53,887 bases of DNA from a bacterium. GTDB lineage: Bacteria > RUG730 > JBDRED01 > JBHPKP01. Under the pieces are notes generated by a model. The model saw only the letters and a list, made by a program, of their open reading frames with translations, did not search any database and had not been told where the DNA came from. Location of the stretch: positions 1 through 53,887 of the forward strand of contig JBHPKP010000003.1 of the NCBI GenBank assembly GCA_042566505.1. The letters are read 5' to 3'. Of this stretch, positions 10,189 to 17,607 are shown one piece after another (within the stretch, counting starts at the first letter, position 1; each line of letters begins with the position of its first letter). The translations under genes were made by a program, and so were the position numbers.

Positions 10189-13100
10189 ATGCAAAGCTTC
10201 TCAAAATGGTTTAAAGTATTATTTCTTAAACAAATCTCAAGTCTAGTCCTAGCAGCATTTATCACAGTATGCTGTCATGACTTCTCGTACGCAGTGAGCG
10301 CAAATATGGTTCAACTGTCTGTGCAGACAAATCTTACGAAATCTATTGAAACATTCCAGGGCAAGAAAGATGCAAAACTGTATATAATCCCAACAATCCA
10401 CTGCCACCCAAACACACAAACCAGTATCAAACAAATTATCGAAAAGTTAAAGGCGAAACATGGCGATACCCTACAAACTATTGGAATCGAAGGAAGTGTG
10501 GGTGAGATAAAGCTCGATAGCTTACAAAATATCAAAAGTGAGGTGGTGAGGAGAAAGGTATTGGAATTTTTGGCAACCAAAGGAGAACTCTTTGGTGCAG
10601 AAGTTTATGCAGCAATAAATCCCGGAAGTGTAAAAGTCTATGGACTTGAGGATAAAGATGTGTACATGCAGAATTTTAGGCAACTATATAAATCCCTAAC
10701 TTACAAAGATGAAATACAGAAACTTTTTGAAAAGATAAATAAGATGGTCAGACGTGGAAAAACCGTATTGTATACAGACAGCTTACGAAAGTTCGAAGAT
10801 GTGCGAGAAGATTATCAAAACGGGAATTTGGATACGAATACATTTATTGAGGAGTTGGTGAGATATGTTTCTCATTCTTCCGTGTCATTTCGAGCTGAGA
10901 AGCGCAGCTTCGAAGTGAGAAATCTTAAAACCGTAAGTGATCAAAGTGAACCTAACGATAAGATTTCTCAGTCGCTTACGCTCCTTCGAAATGACACACA
11001 ATTTGCAAAGAAATATCCGAATATCGATAAAGTACGCAAAATGGGTGAACTCTCCAGGCAAATCAGGCAGCGCGAAGTTCAGCTACAGATGGGCGTATTA
11101 TTAAGACGCTTAATTCCATATTTAACAGATGAAGAAAAAGCTGAACTTGGATCAAAGCAAGGCGAAGATTATTACGGGTATATAGAACAACTCCTTAAAT
11201 CAAAGAATATCCACTATCGAGGCTATCCGATGCTTAATACGTACATGAAATATTTGAAATACAAAGCAGAAGTAAATCACGAAGCACTTTTGAGCGGACT
11301 AAATGAGCTGGAGTATGAGATTGCAAAGAGTTTAGGCCGAGGAAAGCATCCAAAGAATCTTATTTTTATGGACCACAATACAAAACTTTTGAATGACTAT
11401 TTAAACAACTCTGTAAGTATAGCATCAAGGGAAAAATGGGAAACAGTTCATGATGAATATTACAGAACCACAAAACTGATGAGCTCCAAATTGACGCACA
11501 ATGATATGTTTACAGATATAGAAAATGATCTGAAAGAAGCGGAACGAAACATGAGGGAGTTTTACAAGACAGCTAATAAAAGGAATGAAATAATGGTTAT
11601 GCAAATACTGGGGCATTTGCGAATGACTAATGACGAATTACTAATGACTAATGAAAGAAAGAAAAAAGCTTACGGCTTACAGCTTACGGCTTACAGCTCT
11701 ATAGCTGTCATGATCATTGGCGGTTACCATACACGAGGAGTCACCGATATCCTGCGTACCAAAGGCATATCGTACGAGGTGATTATGCCGAAAGTGGAGG
11801 GAGAATACGATAGAGGAATATATGAGGCGAGACTGAAAGAACAGTACGAATATTGTCAGAATCACAGATTAAAAAGATTACACAGATTACACGGATTTAA
11901 AAAGAAAAAAGCTTACTGCTTACAGCCTAAGGCTTACAGCCAGTTAGAGCTTGCAAGTCGCTATGGTATAGGCGCACTAGATGGATTTCTAAAAAGTATT
12001 TCAAATGTAGAAACACAGTACGGTAGTATACGGGACGTACAAATACAAGATACAAACCAGGGATTTGAAATTGAGTATGAGTTAGATTGTGGTATCAAGA
12101 TTGTACATGCGTATGAGAAAAAAAATGGTATATATGAAAAAATTGAAATGCCAAAACCAGGTTTTTTGGGTTGGAGTATGCAGGGAAAAGCTCTGATAAA
12201 TCTTATTCAAAATCTATATAGAACATTTAATCCGCATAAGCAATCTGTTGAATTATTCATGCAAGAGTTGGGCAACAAATTAGAAGAATCCATTAAAAAA
12301 AAACCTGAGATAAAGGATGCAGCAGACATGTTCAGAACCTTTGCAAGTAAATATGGCTTGAGTTTTCGTGTGCAAAAATTGAAAGTAGCATATGCAACTG
12401 TAGCATATGCAACTATAGAAGGAGATGAGCAATGGGCAAGAAATAAGGAAAAACAAACTTTTGTTGTCAGCAGGCGGCTTTTGAGGATGATGGCTATCCT
12501 GGATAAACTTGCTGGCAAAGAATTTACGTGGAATGTGGCAAATGGAATAGGAGAAAGAGCTCTGATAGGTCAAGGCAAAAGCATAGAGGAAGCGGACAGG
12601 ATAATGAAAGCAAAGAATCTAGAATTAAAATTGTTCGAACAAGAAATTTTGCCTCTTATAGAGAAGTTGCATACTTTAGCAAAAGGAATCGTAAATGGTG
12701 GTATATGCGCAAGTGATCTCTCAACTAAATATCTACAAGTGCCACACAGCAAGGAACCAAAAGAAGCAAAAGAATACAAAAAGCTCTTACAGAAAAAATT
12801 TGATCAATACTTTGATATTGTGGTTCCGGATAAAACGATTTGGTCTGCTTTTAGAAATAATTACTGGTTTGATAAATATAAAACCGATGAGGAACATCAG
12901 AAAGTATTATTACGCGAAAAATCAAAGGAATTAGCGCTTGAACATGCGACAACGTATAAGTGTTTGGCATTAATGTTTTTAGAGAAAAGCGATTTGGACA
13001 GTGCAATCGAATACACAAAGGATGTATTAAGGATAATGTCGAAACAACTGGGAGTATCTCATTTGGATATAGCAAAAATTTATGACAGCTTGGGAATAGC

Positions 13101-14478
13101 ATATTTTGCCAAAGGTGATTTGGATAGTGCAATAAGGTTTTATAATAAAGCTTTAGAAATAAGGAGTATCACCCTTGAAGCAAAGCATCCTATGGTAGTG
13201 AAAAATCAGCGTGATTTAGATTGTGTAAATAAAGCCAGAGGCAACTGGAAAGTTTTTGGGGACAAGGGAAATATGTATTTAGTTGAAGGCAACTATAATT
13301 ATGCAATACTGTTTTATATCAAGGCGTTAGAAATGGGAGAGATAAAAGTACAAGAATATGATCTTTCTTTTGCTCAAATTTATGAGAAATTGGGGGATGC
13401 ATATTTTGCCAAACATAATTATGACCGTGCAATAAAATCTTATTATCGAGTTAGTAAAATTAAAGAGCAGAAAATAGAAAAAAACAGTTCTTCGTTAGCA
13501 AGAATTTATGAGAAGTTGGGGAATGCATATTTAACCAAAGGTGAGTATGACGATGCAATAGGTTCTTATAATATAGTTTTACAAATAAAACAGAAAAAAC
13601 TGGGAGAAAATGATATATCTTTGCTGAAAATTTATGATAATTTGGGAAAGGCCTATTCAGCTAATGGTAATAATGACGACACAATAAAGGTTTATAATAA
13701 AACTTTAGGAATAAGGCAATCAAAACTAGCAAAAAACCATCCTGATGTAGTGAGTAATTATGAAAATTTGCAAAAAGCGTATAAAGCCAAAGCTGACAAT
13801 GAACTGGCAAAAAAGTGTGCTGATGAAGTTCGTAAGCGTAAAGAGAGAAGGACTACTTTTCGTGTTGGCATAAATAATATTCCAGTCCTAGAGCGCCTCA
13901 AAAGAGCAACTTATTCACAGACACCTGAGGGCTTGAGGCAAATACAACAAGACATAGATAGTGTTAAAAATGTTGAAAGTGTCAGAAGAAGATCAGGGGA
14001 TACTAATAAGGGGCTTCTTGCTCAACCTGCATTCAGAAAACTACGTAAAAGACTCTCAACCACAAGCTTACAAGAAGAGGTCATACGTATATGGGAACAT
14101 GGTGCGTATGAATACGAAGAAATAAAGCGTGCAGATGGGATGATATTTTTAAAAAAATATGAAAAAAAATCAGGAATGGCTAATTTATTACCAGAAAAAC
14201 AAGAACCTATCGATATTCAAATCCTTGAAGCACCTGTAATAGACATAGAAATCCTGGAAGCAGCACTCGGTACAAATCCCATTGTACGAGCTATGCGCAA
14301 AGCATGTAAGCAGCTAGGCAAAAGTATGGAGTTTGTGCGGGAAGTATACCTGCCGTTTATGACAACAGCTGCTTCATTAGGAGGCTTGCGAGCTATCATG
14401 CGGCAATATGAAGCTGTGGAAAAGGATTTGGAATGGGCGGATGTGCAAAATGTGAGGAGAGTGGAACGTGCTGCGTAA
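10189..14478 (+). CDS. Large secreted protein: TraB/Tiki-like N-terminal domain, TPR array, conserved C-terminal domain
   Basis: AGGAGG RBS; signal peptide; motifs PTIH, GIEG, GLED, KRNEIM, GGYH; ~42-aa TPR units (AKIYDSLGIAYFAKGDLDSAIRFYNKALEI) at ~12930-13830. Confidence 0.85.
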   Translation: MQSFSKWFKVLFLKQISSLVLAAFITVCCHDFSYAVSANMVQLSVQTNLTKSIETFQGKKDAKLYIIPTIHCHPNTQTSIKQIIEKLKAKHGDTLQTIGIEGSVGEIKLDSLQNIKSEVVRRKVLEFLATKGELFGAEVYAAINPGSVKVYGLEDKDVYMQNFRQLYKSLTYKDEIQKLFEKINKMVRRGKTVLYTDSLRKFEDVREDYQNGNLDTNTFIEELVRYVSHSSVSFRAEKRSFEVRNLKTVSDQSEPNDKISQSLTLLRNDTQFAKKYPNIDKVRKMGELSRQIRQREVQLQMGVLLRRLIPYLTDEEKAELGSKQGEDYYGYIEQLLKSKNIHYRGYPMLNTYMKYLKYKAEVNHEALLSGLNELEYEIAKSLGRGKHPKNLIFMDHNTKLLNDYLNNSVSIASREKWETVHDEYYRTTKLMSSKLTHNDMFTDIENDLKEAERNMREFYKTANKRNEIMVMQILGHLRMTNDELLMTNERKKKAYGLQLTAYSSIAVMIIGGYHTRGVTDILRTKGISYEVIMPKVEGEYDRGIYEARLKEQYEYCQNHRLKRLHRLHGFKKKKAYCLQPKAYSQLELASRYGIGALDGFLKSISNVETQYGSIRDVQIQDTNQGFEIEYELDCGIKIVHAYEKKNGIYEKIEMPKPGFLGWSMQGKALINLIQNLYRTFNPHKQSVELFMQELGNKLEESIKKKPEIKDAADMFRTFASKYGLSFRVQKLKVAYATVAYATIEGDEQWARNKEKQTFVVSRRLLRMMAILDKLAGKEFTWNVANGIGERALIGQGKSIEEADRIMKAKNLELKLFEQEILPLIEKLHTLAKGIVNGGICASDLSTKYLQVPHSKEPKEAKEYKKLLQKKFDQYFDIVVPDKTIWSAFRNNYWFDKYKTDEEHQKVLLREKSKELALEHATTYKCLALMFLEKSDLDSAIEYTKDVLRIMSKQLGVSHLDIAKIYDSLGIAYFAKGDLDSAIRFYNKALEIRSITLEAKHPMVVKNQRDLDCVNKARGNWKVFGDKGNMYLVEGNYNYAILFYIKALEMGEIKVQEYDLSFAQIYEKLGDAYFAKHNYDRAIKSYYRVSKIKEQKIEKNSSSLARIYEKLGNAYLTKGEYDDAIGSYNIVLQIKQKKLGENDISLLKIYDNLGKAYSANGNNDDTIKVYNKTLGIRQSKLAKNHPDVVSNYENLQKAYKAKADNELAKKCADEVRKRKERRTTFRVGINNIPVLERLKRATYSQTPEGLRQIQQDIDSVKNVESVRRRSGDTNKGLLAQPAFRKLRKRLSTTSLQEEVIRIWEHGAYEYEEIKRADGMIFLKKYEKKSGMANLLPEKQEPIDIQILEAPVIDIEILEAALGTNPIVRAMRKACKQLGKSMEFVREVYLPFMTTAASLGGLRAIMRQYEAVEKDLEWADVQNVRRVERAA
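10882..10997. repeat. 116-bp palindromic (REP/RPE-like) element inside the coding frame
   Basis: Perfect 12-bp outer IR GTGTCATTTCGA/TCGAAATGACAC and perfect 12-bp inner IR TGAGAAATCTTA (10916-10927)/TAAGATTTCTCA (10959-10970). Confidence 0.85.
11622..11698. repeat. Two adjacent heptamer tandem arrays within the CDS
   Basis: AATGACT-like x5 (11622-11656) then GCTTAC(G/A) x4 (11668-11695). Confidence 0.9.
11863..11940. repeat. Nonamer plus heptamer tandem arrays within the CDS
   Basis: CACAGATTA-like x4 (11863-11898) then GCTTACA-like x4; 11901-11940 matches 11658-11697 at 37/40. Confidence 0.9.
12385..12414. repeat. Perfect 15-bp tandem duplication (VAYAT VAYAT)
   Basis: GTAGCATATGCAACT x2. 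Confidence 0.95.
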
Positions 14479-14611
14479 CTAGTTAATTGTCTTAAGAAAG
14501 CTTTTGCATTTCCCACGGGAGTATATATGCATTACAATTTGCATTTATACTTTCTGGTTTTTAGGCTGTTGAACCGGAAGAAATTCTATGATACTTCTCT
14601 TCAAAATTGTG

Positions 14612-14724
14612 TAAATCACGCTGATTTTTACTACCTTAGAATGCTTTTGCTTCTAGGGCAGAGGGTCTAAAGCTTTAGGATAAAACCCTATATTGCCGCA
14701 GTATCCAAATCATCTTTGGCAAAA
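14612..14724 (-). pseudogene. Decayed inverted copy of TPR-coding segment 13104-13218
   Basis: Reverse complement TTTTGCCAAAGATGATTTGGATACTGC...TAAAGCTTTAGA...AAAAATCAGCGTGATTTA aligns to 13104-13218 with substitutions and indels. Confidence 0.8.
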
Positions 14725-15147
14725 ATCATTTTCAAATCCTTAACCTACAATTTTTTTTCGTTTTCCGTTTCCATGATGACCTTAGTTGGTTCGCTAATGA
14801 AAGAGTAAAGTTAGATAAAAATACTCTACCTATCGTTATTGTCTGAATCACGGATTTAAGATTTCATGAGTACCAACAAACACCTGGACCCCCCCCATTT
14901 TTAACACAATGTAAACATATATTACAACGTGTTAATTGTTAATAAAGTATTAATAAAATCTAGAGACAAGAAAAAAGTATAAATTTTTTTGCAAAAAAAT
15001 AGGTAAAAAATCACATAAATAGAGTGCTAATCAAATATACTTCAAGTATATTGTTAGATATGTATGCAAAAACCATTGATATTAATAGAAAAAACAAGAT
15101 TCTTAAAGCGATTTCTAGCTGCAAAAACCTAAACAAGAATATACCTA

Positions 15148-15175
15148 AGTTAACATAATATATCTTATAGGACGT
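15148..15175 (-). other. dif: dif site (XerC/XerD chromosome dimer resolution)
   Basis: Minus strand ACGTCCTATAA-GATATA-TTATGTTAACT: 11-6-11 layout matching the dif consensus; intergenic; lies at the switch in gene orientation. Confidence 0.88.
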
Positions 15176-15339
15176 TCTGATTTTCTTTTGAGGTGGTATG
15201 ACAATTTAATAAATTAAGCTGATTTCGCTTTATTTTTCAGCATTTTTTTTAGAGAACATGATGTGTATTCGGTGAAACGCCGCAAGTTGGTTTAGAAATG
15301 GGTTCCGGATGTTACCCTCCAACCGCTTTATTATATATA

Positions 15340-16409
15340 GTCGACTCTGAAAAACCCTTTTTAAAAATCTATTAAATTCAAAGATTTTTCATGTGAGATT
15401 TTTATCATCTTTAAAATTTTAAATCTATATCTTTTTCGAATTTCTTTGTTATTTTTTATCTATGCCATAGATAAATTATTGCTTATTAAGCGTAAATTAT
15501 GTCCTATACCGCTCAGTATTGCATTGAATTTATCGCCTTCTTTTCCACGCAAATAATTTACCCCCAATCGTCCATCTGTTTTCATATGCCCAATCATTGC
15601 TTCTATCATACTTCGTCGTTTTATGTCTCGCTTTATTCTTTTTGTTACACTTCGTCTCTGACCCGACGTATAAACAGTTACGTTTTCTACTTTGTGTCCC
15701 TTGTATCCTTTATCAACATAACATTCTTCCGGCATCGTGCCTGTATTTTCTTCGATGTTTTTTAAACTACCATTTAACGTATGTCCATCGTAAGGATTGC
15801 CATGTAAGGCTTCTACTGTTACTGCGAATCCTTCTTTGTGTGTTACTCCAATTTTTGCTTTTACTCCAAATTCATATGGTTTATGTCTTTTGCCTTTTCC
15901 TATACATTCAACGTGAGGCTCATGTATACTGTATATTTTATTTTTGCTGTTTCTCGTCTGAGAAAATAATGTTTTGCCTATTTTTATTAATTTTTCATAT
16001 TCTTCTTTAACTTTCTTTTTCTTTTCTGTTTTAACTTTTTTCCATTTTCGCTCGATGTCTCTTATCACTCGTCCCAAACAATTTTTTACTACTCGCTTCG
16101 CTTTCTTTGCTCGTTTCATTTGACGCGCATAAACATACCTTCCTGCTTTTATTACTGCTTGTGGACTTACTCGTTCATAACTTTGTCTTAATTTTATTTT
16201 TTTCATCATTTTGCATAATGGATGATTCAAATCTATTATGTTTTCTAGCTTTGTCCTAAACATGTCTATTTGATAATCTTTATGTTTTTCTCGTCTCATT
16301 TTGTGCTCCTAAATTGCAACTTTTTAAACGTATTTTATCAAATACTTGCAGTTTTTTACACCTTTATTTCGTATTTTATCGTCGATATATTGGGTTTTTC
16401 AGAGCCGAC
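15340..16409 (-). mobile_element. IS5-family insertion sequence, internally deleted (1070 bp)
   Basis: 18-bp TIRs GTCGACTCTGAAAAACCC / GGGTTTTTCAGAGCCGAC (17/18); TATATA on both flanks; transposase inside. Confidence 0.9.
15460..16299 (-). pseudogene. IS5-family transposase with large in-frame internal deletion
   Basis: N-terminal IIDLNHPL joined almost directly to LRQSY; retains KIYSIHEPHVECIGKGK-KPYEFGVK, GNPYDGHTL, VDKGYKG, RRSMIEAMIGHMK; the intervening GRP/LSDE region and first catalytic D (DTT) are not seen. Confidence 0.8.
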
Positions 16410-16591
16410 TATATAGCGTCATAAAAAAGTACAAAAGCAACACTGTAGGCAAGTTCAAGGATTTTTGGTTGGAATATGTCAGAAATCCGAAAAAAAAGAT
16501 AACTGAATACACTTGGGATATGAAAAATCGTGAGAAATATGAGAAATTCATTTTAACTGATGTTTAGCTCAATACACTATTAAATTATTAA

Positions 16592-17602
16592 TTAAATTAT
16601 TATTGATATTGAATTTTTTATTCTGTGGATTGGCTGATTCTCATTCTGATTGTCGAGGATGTTCTGTCTTTCAACTGATAGGTCTACTTTAAATTTATTT
16701 ATTAGATATGTGATACCTGTTGTATAAGTTGTTTCGTTTGATTTTGATAAATCCTCTCCGTATGCACCGATTCGGACAATAACATTATTTATAACTTCTT
16801 CATAACCTGTGTGATAAATAATCAAATTGCCGCGATCTCTGTAGTAACGTCTTTCATAGTCAAATGCAAAGATATGTTTGTTGCTGGAATTTATCGCTAG
16901 TCCGGCACGTAAAATAAATGGCAATACATCTTTCTTGAAATTTTCCCAGTATAGGAATGCAGGTGCGTTTTGCAGCATAAGTCCTAAAACCAAATTGTTA
17001 CTGGAACTTGGAAACAAAAATCCCCAGTCAAGTCCCCACCCATTTGCACTTGAAATATCTAAATCATTACCGGTTGATGTTTTGCTTACATATCCCAAAA
17101 ATCCATGAAAATAATTTACATTCACTCCAAAGATCGAATCATCTTCTGTTATTCCTGCAGTTGATAAACTATATTGTCCAAGTTTTAATTTTGCTCTATT
17201 GCCATTTTCGTCTGTTGCAGAATAGTCGGATAAAGGTCTGTACGACACAGCTCCTTTTTCATTACAAAATGCAAAAAATGTAAAGTTTTTACCTTTAAGT
17301 GGATCATTTTGAAATGCTATATCTTTATGTTCATTTTTTTCAAAGACATATTCATTGTACTCAAAGTATGCTAAACGATTCTGTATGTAATACAAACCAG
17401 CAGGATTCCAATAAACAGCTTCCGGTGAACTTGCTATAGCTGAAAATGCACCACCCATACCAATAGCTCTAGCGCCAACTGCGCTTCCGTCAAATGAATA
17501 CCAAAAATCACGAAGCGGTGAACTTTCTCGTGCATGAATATATTGAAATGTTGTTAGTATAAAAATTGCAATGATAAGGTTAGTAAATATGTTTTTTTTC
17601 AT
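16592..17602 (-). CDS. PorV/PorQ-like (FadL-related) outer-membrane beta-barrel protein
   Basis: Signal peptide; GARAIGMGGAFSAIA...AVYWNPAGL motif; alternating beta-strand pattern. Confidence 0.75.
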   Translation of the reverse strand: MKKNIFTNLIIAIFILTTFQYIHARESSPLRDFWYSFDGSAVGARAIGMGGAFSAIASSPEAVYWNPAGLYYIQNRLAYFEYNEYVFEKNEHKDIAFQNDPLKGKNFTFFAFCNEKGAVSYRPLSDYSATDENGNRAKLKLGQYSLSTAGITEDDSIFGVNVNYFHGFLGYVSKTSTGNDLDISSANGWGLDWGFLFPSSSNNLVLGLMLQNAPAFLYWENFKKDVLPFILRAGLAINSSNKHIFAFDYERRYYRDRGNLIIYHTGYEEVINNVIVRIGAYGEDLSKSNETTYTTGITYLINKFKVDLSVERQNILDNQNENQPIHRIKNSISIII

Positions 17603-17607
17603 GAATT

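Noticed and set aside
11622-11940. Short repeats as CRISPR or as a protein repeat domain
   Set aside because: Tandem 7/9-bp units without spacers; the 7-bp period does not give peptide periodicity
13104-14724. TPR segment and its downstream copy as a DGR variable/template repeat pair
   Set aside because: Differences include indels and non-adenine substitutions, and no reverse transcriptase gene is in the window
15262-15330. GC-richer stretch with GTGAAACGCCG and GTTGG...CCAAC as a 5S rRNA fragment or ncRNA
   Set aside because: Too short and lacks the 5S helix layout; better explained as the 5' part of the IS-interrupted ORF
15499-16010. Plus-strand ORFs inside the IS
   Set aside because: Antisense shadows of the Lys-rich transposase
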